This document shows positions 40,976 to 51,230 of a DNA stretch of 64,000 bases, piece by piece. Under the pieces are notes generated by a model. The model worked only from the letters and a program-made list of their open reading frames with translations, was not told the DNA's origin and made no database searches. The stretch's first letter is position 1, and each line of letters begins with the position of its first letter. The DNA is from Halarcobacter sp. GTDB taxonomy: Bacteria > Campylobacterota > Campylobacteria > Campylobacterales > Arcobacteraceae. A program made the position numbers and the translations under genes. The DNA is taken from contig CP182352.1 in assembly GCA_048571215.1 (NCBI GenBank), positions 1,248,001-1,312,000 on the forward strand. Direction: 5' to 3'.

Positions 40976-40995
40976 TTGTTAATTTATTGTTAATT
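40976..40995. promoter_or_regulatory. Direct-repeat boxes (TTGTTAATT x2, 11-bp period) upstream of TonB receptor 2
   Basis: Copies at 40976 and 40987. Confidence 0.6.
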
Positions 40996-41041
40996 TATTA
41001 TTTTAAGTTATATATAAGTTAATTATTAATTATATGTGAAA

Positions 41042-41911
41042 TTAGGGGGTTTCTATAAGATTTTTTAGATTTAAAATAAAAGTATTTCCATGTTCTGAAG
41101 GTTCTATTTTTATTATGATTTTGTTTTTATCACAAAACTCTTTTACTATATTTAAGCCAAGTCCAAAACCATTTTTTGAACTATCTTCTTGAAAATATTT
41201 TTCAAAGATTATAAAAAGATTCTTTGTATCTATCTCTTTTCCTGTATTGTATATAGATAGGTTTGAATTTTTGAACTTTATTTCAATTACGCCATTTTCA
41301 GATAAATTATATTTTAAAGCATTTGATATAAGGTTATCTATCACTTTTTCAAAACCATTTATATCACTTTTTATAAAAATAGTATCTACATCAACACTGA
41401 TTTTTATGTCTCTTTTTATATCTTCAAATTTATTTAAACTTTTTTCAATTAATTCTTTTAGATTAAAAGTTGTGATATCTACCCTATCTATCTCTTTTTT
41501 TATTTGATATTCCATATTCTCATAGAGTTTAAGAAGTTCATTGGATGCTAGTTTTATTCTATTTAATCTTGTTAGTGCTTTATCATCTGTGATTTTCTTT
41601 TCTAACATTTGGGTATTTAGATTAATAGTTGATATTGGTATATTAAGTTCATGTATAGTTTCTTTTACAGTTTTTTGAAGTTTTTGATCACTTTCAAAAA
41701 TTGGCTCAAAAATTGATTTACTCAAAAAAAGATAAAAAATTAAACAAACAATTAAAACTGTAAGGGTTATTACCATAAAGGTATCTTGATTGAAACCAAA
41801 AATTGATGTTAGAAAATAGTTTAATATAAGTGCTAAGAGTATCACAAATACAACTATAATAGAATTACTAATTAAAAAATTCTTTTTTTTATAATTCAAG
41901 TTTGTAACCAA
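41042..41911 (-). CDS. Sensor histidine kinase with two close TM helices and no periplasmic domain
   Basis: HELNIPI H-box, NLISNALKY N-box, GFGLGL G2-box. Confidence 0.9.
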   Translation of the reverse strand: MVTNLNYKKKNFLISNSIIVVFVILLALILNYFLTSIFGFNQDTFMVITLTVLIVCLIFYLFLSKSIFEPIFESDQKLQKTVKETIHELNIPISTINLNTQMLEKKITDDKALTRLNRIKLASNELLKLYENMEYQIKKEIDRVDITTFNLKELIEKSLNKFEDIKRDIKISVDVDTIFIKSDINGFEKVIDNLISNALKYNLSENGVIEIKFKNSNLSIYNTGKEIDTKNLFIIFEKYFQEDSSKNGFGLGLNIVKEFCDKNKIIIKIEPSEHGNTFILNLKNLIETP

Positions 41912-42548
41912 TACCTTTTATGTTTTTTATTGATTCTTTGCCTAATATTTTTTTTAAATTATTTATATATACTCTTATAGAACCTTCACTATAAGTTTCA
42001 TCAAAACTCCAAAGTTTGTCAATAATCATATCCTTAGAGATAATAGCTTCTTTATTTTGTAAAAAAAGTTCAAGTAAATCAATAACTTTATTAGCTAAGT
42101 TTATATCTTCATTATGTTTTAGTACTCTTCTTGTCATTGGATTAAAAACTAATTCATTGTTTAATTTTACTAAATCCAAAGATTTTCCACTTCTTTTTAA
42201 TAAAGATTGTATTCTAAGTAATAGTTCATCTAAATCAACAGGTTTTTTTAGGTAATCATCACATCCACTTAAAAAACCTTTTGTTAAAATATCTTTATCT
42301 TTATATGAGGTTAGATAAATTGTTGCAGTTGTATCTCCATTTTTTCTAAGCTCTTTTAGAAGATCTATACCATTTATTTTTGGTACATTAATGTCAAAAA
42401 GATATAAATCATAATCTTTTTCATAACATAGCTCTAAAACTTCTTCTCCATCTCTTGCAATTTCAACTACAAACCCCTCATCACTAAGAAAATCTTCTAG
42501 AGTTTCTAAAAAAAGTTCATCATCTTCTAACACTAATATTTTAAACAA
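41889..42548 (-). CDS. OmpR-family response regulator
   Basis: LEDD, DLYLFDINVP, DDYLKKP, wHTH; start probably TTG at 42548 after AGGA rather than 42587. Confidence 0.9.
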   Translation of the reverse strand: MFKILVLEDDELFLETLEDFLSDEGFVVEIARDGEEVLELCYEKDYDLYLFDINVPKINGIDLLKELRKNGDTTATIYLTSYKDKDILTKGFLSGCDDYLKKPVDLDELLLRIQSLLKRSGKSLDLVKLNNELVFNPMTRRVLKHNEDINLANKVIDLLELFLQNKEAIISKDMIIDKLWSFDETYSEGSIRVYINNLKKILGKESIKNIKGIGYKLEL

Positions 42549-42729
42549 AAAAAATCCTAAACTATATATTTCTTTTATAATAGTCAATTATAGTTTAAAA
42601 AATGTTAAATTTATAAATAATCTCATCAAGGGCATTTGGGTACTATTTATAGATAGATTAAAATTTATAATTTCTTTAAGTTTTGTTAAACTACAATGTT
42701 TATAACAAATTAAATAAAATTAGGTGCAT

Positions 42730-44493
42730 ATGTTAAAAAAGATCCTTATTATATTATCACTTCTTGTACTAGCATTTTTTGTTGTAACTCAAGAAAATAT
42801 TAAAATTATATTCTCAGGAATTGCTATATTCTTAATTGGTATGCATTTTATGGAAGATGGCTTTAAACTCTTTTCCGGTGGAACCTTGGAAAAGATTTTA
42901 GAGAAGTTTACAAATACAGGATTTAAGTCACTTGTTACTGGTTTTATTACAACCTCTATTGTACAAAGTTCATCTTTAGTTTCAGTTATTGTTATATCAT
43001 TTTTATCAGTTGAATTAATTTCACTAGCCCAAGGTATGGCTATAGTGTTTGGTGCAAACCTAGGTAGCACAACAACTGCTTGGATTGTTTCTGCTTTAGG
43101 ACTTAAAATAAAAATATCCCTTTATGCAATGCCAATGATTATTTTTGGTGTTTTATTTAGATTTTCTAGCAATAGAACTTATATTGGACTTGGAAATATT
43201 TTACTTGGTTTAGGGTTTATATTTTTAGGTATTTCATATATGAAAGAAGGATTTGATACCTTAAAAGATTCCATAGATTTAGCCTCTTATTCTGTTGGTG
43301 GGTATTTAGGTATCCTAATTTATATAATTATAGGTGCAATAGCCACAGTAGTAATACAATCAAGCAGTGCAACAATGGCTATTATTATTACAGCCTTAGC
43401 AGGTGCTAATATTTTATATATAGATGCATTAGCCTTAGCAATTGGTGCAAATGTTGGTACAACTGTGACAGCTGTTATTGGCTCACTAACCTCCAATGAA
43501 AATGGAAAAAGACTAGCTTTTGGTCACTTTGTTTTTAATATAATTACTGGGATTGTTGCTGTAGCATTAATCTATGTATTAAAAGATTTAGTTGATATCT
43601 TAGCACCATTTATTGGCATAAGCGATGATAATTATTCTATGAAATTAGCTTTATTTCATACTATATTTAATTTACTTGGTATTGTAATTTTATATCCTTT
43701 TATAAATAAATTAGTAAACTTGGCATACAAAGTAATCTCTGATAAAACAAAAAAATACTCAAAACCTATTTACTTAGATAAGGCAAATATAAAAATACCT
43801 TACAATGCTATGGTTTCGGTGCAAAAAGAGGTTATACATCTATATGACAATGCTCAAAAAGCTATTTTGCATTCCCTTTCAATGCATACAACAAATCTTA
43901 AAAGTGAAAAAGATATAGAACGTGCTATAAATAATCCTGTAAAAATAGATACAAATTTAGATGATATTTATCAAAATGATTTAAAATCACTTTATAGCGA
44001 TATCATTGAGTTTGCCTTAATCTCTCAACAAAATATGAATCAAGAGCAAAACAAATATGTATCTGATTTGAAACTCTCATCAAATATAATTGTTAAGATA
44101 TTAAAAGATACACGAGATATACAAAAAAATATAAACTTCTATTTAAACAGTAAAAATGAGTTTATAAAAAAAGAATATATGGATTTGAAAAAAGAGTTAG
44201 CAAGAATCATTCTAATAGTAAATAACTTAAAAGATAGAGATTTAGATGATGTTGAAGTATCAACACAAATACAAATGGAAAAAGACAATATAGTAAAATT
44301 TGATTTTATGAGTAATGGAAGAATTGATGAATTGATTAGAAATGAAAAAATTACATCAAAGATGGCAACTTCACTTATAAATGACTCTACAAGTATTTGC
44401 AATATTTGTACAAATCTTCTAAGAATTGCAAATATTCTTTTTATTAAAGATGAGAAACTAAGAAGACTAGGAGAAATAAATGAAACTAAATAA
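42730..44493 (+). CDS. Na/Pi cotransporter family protein
   Basis: Two QSSS / GANxG(S/T)T repeats. Confidence 0.9.
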   Translation: MLKKILIILSLLVLAFFVVTQENIKIIFSGIAIFLIGMHFMEDGFKLFSGGTLEKILEKFTNTGFKSLVTGFITTSIVQSSSLVSVIVISFLSVELISLAQGMAIVFGANLGSTTTAWIVSALGLKIKISLYAMPMIIFGVLFRFSSNRTYIGLGNILLGLGFIFLGISYMKEGFDTLKDSIDLASYSVGGYLGILIYIIIGAIATVVIQSSSATMAIIITALAGANILYIDALALAIGANVGTTVTAVIGSLTSNENGKRLAFGHFVFNIITGIVAVALIYVLKDLVDILAPFIGISDDNYSMKLALFHTIFNLLGIVILYPFINKLVNLAYKVISDKTKKYSKPIYLDKANIKIPYNAMVSVQKEVIHLYDNAQKAILHSLSMHTTNLKSEKDIERAINNPVKIDTNLDDIYQNDLKSLYSDIIEFALISQQNMNQEQNKYVSDLKLSSNIIVKILKDTRDIQKNINFYLNSKNEFIKKEYMDLKKELARIILIVNNLKDRDLDDVEVSTQIQMEKDNIVKFDFMSNGRIDELIRNEKITSKMATSLINDSTSICNICTNLLRIANILFIKDEKLRRLGEINETK

Positions 44494-44713
44494 AATAAAA
44501 GAAGAGCTTGAAGATTTTTTCTCACTAAGTAAAAAGAAAATAGAAAAAAATAGTGATGAAATAGATGAAGTTATGGATAAGCTTATTGAAAAAAGAAATA
44601 AAATAGAAAAAGAGATCAGAGAGTGTGATGATTGCAAAAAAAAAGATGAGTTGAAAAATAAGCTTACTGCTGTAAATAAGCTTATTCAAAAGGCTTTAAA
44701 AAATTTATACTAG
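44480..44713 (+). CDS. Small coiled-coil hypothetical protein
   Basis: 77 aa; SD AGGAG; overlaps the cotransporter stop. Confidence 0.65.
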   Translation: MKLNKIKEELEDFFSLSKKKIEKNSDEIDEVMDKLIEKRNKIEKEIRECDDCKKKDELKNKLTAVNKLIQKALKNLY

Positions 44714-45168
44714 AAGTGGCTAAAGTTTTGTCTTAATGCCTCATAAACAACTATAGATACAGAGTTTGCAATATTTAAACTTCTTGCATCGTTTGTCATA
44801 GGGATTGTTATACACCCCTTTTCATTTTTTGCTAATAAACTTTCAGGAAGACCAGCATCTTCCCTACCAAAATAAAAATAGTCCCCTACTTCATATTTTG
44901 CATCAAAGTAAACTTGTTTTGTTTTTGTAGTTGCAAAAAAGTGTCTATTGCTAAAAGGATTTTTTGACCAAAAATCTTCTATATTTTCATATTCAAAAAC
45001 TTCTAAATCTTTCCAATAATCAAGTCCTGCTCTTCTTAAAGCTTTTTCATTTATCTCAAAGCCATAAGGTTTGATTAGGTGAAGTTTACAGTTTAATGCA
45101 AAGGCAAGTCTACCTATTGTACCTGTATTTTGTGGAATTCTAGGTTCCAATAGTACGATATTAAACAT
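44710..45168 (-). CDS. trmL: tRNA (cytidine(34)-2'-O)-methyltransferase
   Basis: PRIPQNTGTIGR, RRAGLDYW, FGRE, RSLN.ANSV. Confidence 0.93.
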   Translation of the reverse strand: MFNIVLLEPRIPQNTGTIGRLAFALNCKLHLIKPYGFEINEKALRRAGLDYWKDLEVFEYENIEDFWSKNPFSNRHFFATTKTKQVYFDAKYEVGDYFYFGREDAGLPESLLAKNEKGCITIPMTNDARSLNIANSVSIVVYEALRQNFSHF

Positions 45169-45169
45169 A

Positions 45170-46003
45170 TTATAAAATCACTGTTTTATTATCATATACA
45201 AACACTTTATCTTCTAAAAGTAGCTGTAAAGCATTTGAAAGAACAACTTTTTCTACATTTCTTCCTGATCTTCTCATATCTTGCCAAGTAAAACTATGGT
45301 CAACCCTTACAACACCTTGATCAATAATTGGTCCTTCATCTAAATCATCAGTTACATAATGTGCTGTTGCTCCGATAATCTTAACACCTCTATGGTGTGC
45401 TTGTTTATATGGATTTGCTCCAATAAATGATGGTAAAAACGAATGGTGTATATTTAATACTTTTTGTGGATAGGTTTTTACAAATTTTGGAGTTAAAATT
45501 CTCATATATTTTGCTAAAACTATTAGTTCTGGCTCATACTCATTTATTTGTTCAATAACAAGGTCTTCATGAGCTTCTCTTTCCATATCATCAGCACTAA
45601 TACAATGAAAAGGGATATTAAAACTTTCAACTAAATCTCTTAGGTAATCATGGTTTGCAATTACTGCTTTAATATTTGCATTTAACTCACCATCTATATA
45701 TCTAATCAATAAGTCACCTAAGACATGAGATTCTTTTGTTGCTAAGATTACAATATCTTTTTTAGCTTTTGGCGTAAGTTTGATTGTAGAGTTCTCAGGT
45801 AATACTTCTGTTAATTCTTTTATAAGAATATTACTATTTACATCCCCAGAGATCACAGTTCTCATAAAAAACTTTTTTGATTCTTTTTCAACATATTCGG
45901 CATTTTTTTCAATATTTAGATTATTTGCAAAAAGTACTTTCGAGATGTTATAAACAAGCCCTTTTGCATCGGTAGTATCTATTAAAAGTATATATTCTTT
46001 CAT
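45170..46003 (-). CDS. purU: Formyltetrahydrofolate deformylase
   Basis: LAKYMRIL, NIHHSFLPSFIGANPYKQA, GVKIIGATAH. Confidence 0.95.
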   Translation of the reverse strand: MKEYILLIDTTDAKGLVYNISKVLFANNLNIEKNAEYVEKESKKFFMRTVISGDVNSNILIKELTEVLPENSTIKLTPKAKKDIVILATKESHVLGDLLIRYIDGELNANIKAVIANHDYLRDLVESFNIPFHCISADDMEREAHEDLVIEQINEYEPELIVLAKYMRILTPKFVKTYPQKVLNIHHSFLPSFIGANPYKQAHHRGVKIIGATAHYVTDDLDEGPIIDQGVVRVDHSFTWQDMRRSGRNVEKVVLSNALQLLLEDKVFVYDNKTVIL

Positions 46004-46020
46004 TTTATGTATTAATCCTA

Positions 46021-46052
46021 GGTATTATTTCATTTAAGGGTGAAATAATACC
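46021..46052 (-). terminator. Hairpin after the malic enzyme gene
   Basis: GGTATTATTTCA-N8-TGAAATAATACC perfect 12-bp stem. Confidence 0.55.
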
Positions 46053-46063
46053 ATGAATTAGAT

Positions 46064-47326
46064 TTAAATCATTTTAGATAACTTTTCTTTATAACTTTCT
46101 AGGTCAAAATCTTTTACTCTAGCAACACCAGATTCAACAGCAGCAAGTGCAACAGCACTAGAAACTTCCACTATTAATCTTTTGTCAAATGGTTTTGGAA
46201 TAATATACTCTTTTGAGTAAACTAAGTTTTCACCAAAAATCTCTTTTACATCTTGTGGTACTGGTTGTTTAGCTAAATTTGCAATAGCATATGCTGCTGC
46301 TTTTTTCATTTGCATATTTATTTTTTTTGCATGAACATCTAAGGCACCTCTAAAAATAAAAGGGAAACCAAGTACATTATTTACTTGATTATCAAAGTCA
46401 CTTCTTCCTGTTCCAACAATTGCCTTATCTCTAATAGCAAGAACCTCTTCAGGGAAAAGTTCAGGTGTTGGGTTTGCTAAAGCAAATACAATTGGTTCAT
46501 CTGCCATAACTGCAATATGTTTTTGTGTAAAAGTTCCAGGTCTAGAAAGTCCTAATACAACATCAGCATCTCTAAATGCGTCTAAAACACTCATTGGTTC
46601 AGCTACTGAAAACTCTTTTTTAAATTTGTTTAAATCATCTCTTTGATCATGTATAACACCTTTAGAGTCAACCATAATAATAGTTTCTACTCCAACAGCT
46701 TTATACATTCTAGAGCATGATATAGCAGCAGCTCCCGCTCCTACAACTACTACTTTCAAATCTTTTAATTCTTTTTCAATAATATCGCAAGCATTGATAA
46801 GCCCTGCTGTTGTAATAATAGCTGTTCCGTGTTGATCATCGTGCATTACTGGGATATCTAACTCTTCTATTAATTTTCTTTCTATTTCAAAACACTCTGG
46901 TGATTTGATATCTTCTAAATTAATTCCTCCAAAAGTTGGAGCTATAGCTTTACATACATCTACAAATTTTTGTGGATCTTCTTCATCAATTTCAATATCA
47001 TATGAATCCACTGCTGAGAATTTTTTAAATAATACAGCTTTACCTTCCATAACAGGTTTAGAAGCTAAAGCTCCTATATTTCCTAAACCTAGCACTGCAG
47101 TACCGTTTGATATAACAGCTACAAGATTACTTTTTGAAGTATATTTAAATGCATTGTATGGATTTGCCTCTATCTCTAAACATGGATGTGCTACACCTGG
47201 CGTATATGCTAGTGAAAGATCCTTTTGTGTATCCATTTGTGTTGTTGGTGTGACTGATACTTTTCCTGGATTTGGAAATTCGTGATAATCTAATGCTTCT
47301 TGTTTACTACTTTCTTTTGTACTCAT
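46064..47326 (-). CDS. Malic enzyme (NAD(P)-dependent, no PTA domain)
   Basis: LAYTPGVA, GTAVLGLGNIG, HDDQHGTA, NQVNNVLGFP. Confidence 0.93.
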   Translation of the reverse strand: MSTKESSKQEALDYHEFPNPGKVSVTPTTQMDTQKDLSLAYTPGVAHPCLEIEANPYNAFKYTSKSNLVAVISNGTAVLGLGNIGALASKPVMEGKAVLFKKFSAVDSYDIEIDEEDPQKFVDVCKAIAPTFGGINLEDIKSPECFEIERKLIEELDIPVMHDDQHGTAIITTAGLINACDIIEKELKDLKVVVVGAGAAAISCSRMYKAVGVETIIMVDSKGVIHDQRDDLNKFKKEFSVAEPMSVLDAFRDADVVLGLSRPGTFTQKHIAVMADEPIVFALANPTPELFPEEVLAIRDKAIVGTGRSDFDNQVNNVLGFPFIFRGALDVHAKKINMQMKKAAAYAIANLAKQPVPQDVKEIFGENLVYSKEYIIPKPFDKRLIVEVSSAVALAAVESGVARVKDFDLESYKEKLSKMI

Positions 47327-47463
47327 TTAACTACCTTAATAAGATTTTATTGCAGAATTGTAACTAAATGAAACTTAATTATTTAGATTTTATTAAAATT
47401 TTTAATAAATTTACACACTTAAGCTATATTTTACATTTTTTTTACATCTTTTTTACATAAGTT

Positions 47464-48135
47464 TTACATAATACCTATAATTCCAGAAAACCTACCACAT
47501 GACTTATCTTTTCTATAAGAGAAATATGGTTTGTTGGAACACTTGGTACAAATATCTGAAATCTTTATATTTTCAACTCCTAATTTACTTAATAGTTTTT
47601 TATTTATACCTTGAAGGTCAATTAGTCTTCCATCTACAAACTCTTTTCCAAAACTATTACTAACTATTTGAGCCAATTCCTCACTAACCTCATAACAACA
47701 TTTTTGAATACTAGGACCTAAAATAACTTCAATATCTTTTACATCACATTTAAAATACTCTATCATTTTATTTACTGCAACTTCTGATATTTTTAAAAAA
47801 GTTGAGTTTCTTCCCGCATGAACTGCTGCAATAACACCCTTTGTTTTGTCAAATAAAAGTATAGGGATACAATCAGCTACCATAACCATTAGTGTGGATT
47901 CTTTTAAATTTGTAATAATCCCATCACAGTTATCAATCAAATTTGGAGAGTTTTCATCTATAATCTTGACATTATTTCCATGTACTTGGTTCATATAATA
48001 TAATTTATCTAAATCAAAATTGTATTTTTTTGCTAAGTTTGTTCTGTTTTTAATAACACTTTCTTTTAAGTCTTCCACATGAAAAGCAAGGTTTCCATCA
48101 TCTTTATTTGTAAAGGTATAAAAAATATCATTCAT
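47464..48135 (-). CDS. pgeF: Peptidoglycan editing factor PgeF (YfiH)
   Basis: NQVHG, ADCIP, HAGR, GPSI..CCYEV, FSYR. Confidence 0.9.
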   Translation of the reverse strand: MNDIFYTFTNKDDGNLAFHVEDLKESVIKNRTNLAKKYNFDLDKLYYMNQVHGNNVKIIDENSPNLIDNCDGIITNLKESTLMVMVADCIPILLFDKTKGVIAAVHAGRNSTFLKISEVAVNKMIEYFKCDVKDIEVILGPSIQKCCYEVSEELAQIVSNSFGKEFVDGRLIDLQGINKKLLSKLGVENIKISDICTKCSNKPYFSYRKDKSCGRFSGIIGIM

Positions 48136-48213
48136 GATAGCTCCTTTGGCTGAAAGCTATTTTACTATCCTCTTATTGATTTTTTGGTAAAATCTTACTT
48201 TTAAAGGACAAAT

Positions 48214-49005
48214 ATGGAAAAAGAATTTGTGATTTTTGGAAATCCAGTTGAACATTCAAAGTCTCCACAAATGCACAATGCTGGTTTTAAAGCTTTGGAA
48301 TTTGAGGGTAATTATAAAAAACATCTACTTGAAGATGGGGAAACAATAAAAGATGTTTTTTTACAAAATGCTTATGCAGGTGCAAATATTACAGTACCAC
48401 ATAAAGAAATTGCTTTTAGAAATGCTGATGTTGTAATAGGACTAGCAAATGAGATAAAAGCAGTAAACACTTATATAAATGATGATGGTAAAATAATAGC
48501 TTATAACACAGATGCACCAGGTTTTTTATATGCAATAGAAAGTTTTGGAGAGATAAAATCAGTTCTTATACTAGGAGCTGGAGGAACAGCAAAAGCAGTA
48601 TCTTTGGCACTTCAACAAAGTGATATTGATGTAACAGTTTTAAATAGAAGTGAAAATAAGCTTAAGTTTTTTGAAGAACATGATATCAAAGCTTACACTT
48701 GGGATAATTTCAAAGCAGAAAAATATGAACTAATAGTAAACACTACAAGTGCAGGATTAAAAGATGAACTTTTACCTTGCCCAAAAGAGATATTAGATGA
48801 AGTTTTAAAAAATGCCTCTTTTGCATTTGATTGTATTTATGGAAAAATAACACCCTTTTTAGCACTAGCAAATGGTTTAGGACTACAAACAAAAGATGGT
48901 GAAGATATGCTTTTATATCAAGGTGTTTTAGCCTTTGAATACTTCACACAAAGCAATGCCAATGAAGAGATTATTGAAGCTATGAGACAAGGACTTAAGG
49001 GATAA
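48214..49005 (+). CDS. aroE: Shikimate dehydrogenase
   Basis: GNPVEHSKSP.MHN, NITVPHK, NTDAPGF, GAGGTA. Confidence 0.95.
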   Translation: MEKEFVIFGNPVEHSKSPQMHNAGFKALEFEGNYKKHLLEDGETIKDVFLQNAYAGANITVPHKEIAFRNADVVIGLANEIKAVNTYINDDGKIIAYNTDAPGFLYAIESFGEIKSVLILGAGGTAKAVSLALQQSDIDVTVLNRSENKLKFFEEHDIKAYTWDNFKAEKYELIVNTTSAGLKDELLPCPKEILDEVLKNASFAFDCIYGKITPFLALANGLGLQTKDGEDMLLYQGVLAFEYFTQSNANEEIIEAMRQGLKG

Positions 49006-49024
49006 TAGAGCTTAGCTCTATTAT
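49002..49024. terminator. Bidirectional terminator hairpin between convergent aroE and mscS
   Basis: ATAATAGAGC-TTA-GCTCTATTAT. Confidence 0.6.
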
Positions 49025-49029
49025 TAAAA

Positions 49030-50496
49030 TCAAGGCTTATAAAAAGAAACACCCTCTTCTAGTAGTTTTTTTACTACCCTTTGACTTAGTTGGGATTTTA
49101 ATTCCATGATTTGATGGTATGGGGTTACATACCAAATTCTAAGAATAAAAAATGGCTCTTTTGGATCAGGAATTAGATGTATTCTTGGTCTAAAATCACG
49201 AGAACGCATATCATATCTTTTTTTCATACTTAAAAACTGTTTTGAAGCTACTTCCATATATCTCTCTGTAAGTTCATAAGCTATATCATTTACAATATCT
49301 TCAATCTTTTTTGTATCTTCCCCAAAAGGGATACTAAGTTCAACTAAGTCATAAACTGTTTTCATTTTGTCATGGGTATAGTTAAAAATACAGTTATTTA
49401 CAAAAAGGTTATTTGGTATAAATACAATTCTTCCTGCTATTTTTATTTTTGATGATGTGGTGTTATTTATACTCTCATAAAGGCTTACTTTAAATAGTGA
49501 TATTGCAATAACTTCACCTATAACTGGATTTCCCTCTACATTTACTAAAACCCTATCGCCTATTTGGATGTGATTTCCAAAAACCAATTGAAACCAAGAT
49601 GCAATACATAGAACATACTCTTTCATAGAGATAGTAATACCAGCAGCTATAACACCTATTAAAGTTGCTGCATAGATTATGTTTCCAATATTAAAAATAA
49701 TAATCACAAAAAGCATAACAATCAAAAAGCTTATATTTAAAAACTTCTTTCTTTTGAAAAGTTTCTCTTCATTTTCTATCCGTTTTGAAACAATAGTTTT
49801 CAAAATATAAAATACAATGAAGATCAATACAACAACTGCCAAGTTTAGTATATGGTTTACAAATATTGTTTCCCCATACTCATTTAAAGCATTTGAATAT
49901 AACTCTTTTTTTCTTTTTAATACCTCTTCTTTTCCTTGTATTAAACCCTTTGCATTTTCAAAATATTCTATTGCGTATTTTAGTTGTTTCTCTTTTTTTG
50001 GATTTTTTATCTCTTGATTTTTTGTTCTATTTAGTTCCTCATTTAGATAAGAAAATGCTTCTTCATACTTCTTTTTCAAAAAATCTAATTTTTGCGTTTG
50101 TATTGAAAATTTGTTTTTTTGGTTTGTAAATAGATACTCAATGATATTTATATCTTTGATTTTATTATCTAAGGTAACCTTTTCTAGCATCTCATCAAAG
50201 GATTTTGGCAATTCATTTAATATCTTCTTTTTACTTGATTCAAGGTTTAGCAATTGTCTAAGTTCAGACCTTTTTTGCCCTTTTGCGTGTTTGATTTGTT
50301 TTTCTAACTCTTTTATCTCATCATCTAATTCTTGTGTTTTTAAAATATTGTTATAAACTTGTAGCCAGATGTTATTGTTTTGTTCAATAAATTCTAAATT
50401 TTTTGCAAAAATTGTATTTGTTAATATGCAAACTATAAATACAAACCTTAATAATCTTATCACTATATCCCCATAAATTTTTTCTAATACTAACAT
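49030..50496 (-). CDS. MscS-family mechanosensitive channel with periplasmic coiled coil
   Basis: IGDRV...GEV..I, GRIVFIPN. Confidence 0.85.
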   Translation of the reverse strand: MLVLEKIYGDIVIRLLRFVFIVCILTNTIFAKNLEFIEQNNNIWLQVYNNILKTQELDDEIKELEKQIKHAKGQKRSELRQLLNLESSKKKILNELPKSFDEMLEKVTLDNKIKDINIIEYLFTNQKNKFSIQTQKLDFLKKKYEEAFSYLNEELNRTKNQEIKNPKKEKQLKYAIEYFENAKGLIQGKEEVLKRKKELYSNALNEYGETIFVNHILNLAVVVLIFIVFYILKTIVSKRIENEEKLFKRKKFLNISFLIVMLFVIIIFNIGNIIYAATLIGVIAAGITISMKEYVLCIASWFQLVFGNHIQIGDRVLVNVEGNPVIGEVIAISLFKVSLYESINNTTSSKIKIAGRIVFIPNNLFVNNCIFNYTHDKMKTVYDLVELSIPFGEDTKKIEDIVNDIAYELTERYMEVASKQFLSMKKRYDMRSRDFRPRIHLIPDPKEPFFILRIWYVTPYHQIMELKSQLSQRVVKKLLEEGVSFYKP

Positions 50497-50511
50497 AATC
50501 CTCTTTTTATT

Positions 50512-51165
50512 TTATAACCTAAACTTCTCAAATAGCTCTTTTTTGTCTTTTTTTACCTTCACACTTGCCCCATAAATTCTTTTTTTGAATTTGTTGTATA
50601 GTTTTATTTGGAGCAATATACCAATAATTCCTAGTATTGTTAAATAACTTAATAATATTTTTAAATCTGCCAAAAAGTAATCAAACAACATTGCACTTGC
50701 ACTTCCTGTAACAATTGCTGCTGAAATCATAAAAGATCTAATCATCAAATAATCTTTTAAATGTACCTTTTCTTCCTGCATAAAATCTACTGTATGTATC
50801 CTTGAAACTTCAAAGGTAATACCTTGAATAGTAAATATAGTTAAAATCACATAGGTAAAAAGTAAAATAGAAGATGAGAATACAAGATAAGAAAATATCT
50901 GAATCACATCTAAAATTATTGCAAACATATATATTTTGTAAATTTTTATGTTTTTAAACAAGGGCTGAATAAATCCATCTAAGGCACCAACTAGCATATA
51001 AAAACTTATCATAAATACAGGCAGATAAGTCCCTTCAAGTTTTGTGACAAATGGTATTAATACCCAATCAATATAAGTGGTTAAAAACAATGTTAGAGAT
51101 TGAACTTTTAAGAAGCTACTAGTTTTTATCTCTTTAAATATTGGGGCATAGTTACGAAATGCCAT
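50512..51165 (-). CDS. Hypothetical multi-TM protein (half-MFS-like)
   Basis: 217 aa with about 6 hydrophobic segments. Confidence 0.65.
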   Translation of the reverse strand: MAFRNYAPIFKEIKTSSFLKVQSLTLFLTTYIDWVLIPFVTKLEGTYLPVFMISFYMLVGALDGFIQPLFKNIKIYKIYMFAIILDVIQIFSYLVFSSSILLFTYVILTIFTIQGITFEVSRIHTVDFMQEEKVHLKDYLMIRSFMISAAIVTGSASAMLFDYFLADLKILLSYLTILGIIGILLQIKLYNKFKKRIYGASVKVKKDKKELFEKFRL

Positions 51166-51230
51166 GGGGTTCGCCTTTGAAAAAAGCGAATTATACTATA
51201 GATTTTAATTTTTTCATCAAATTTGAATAT

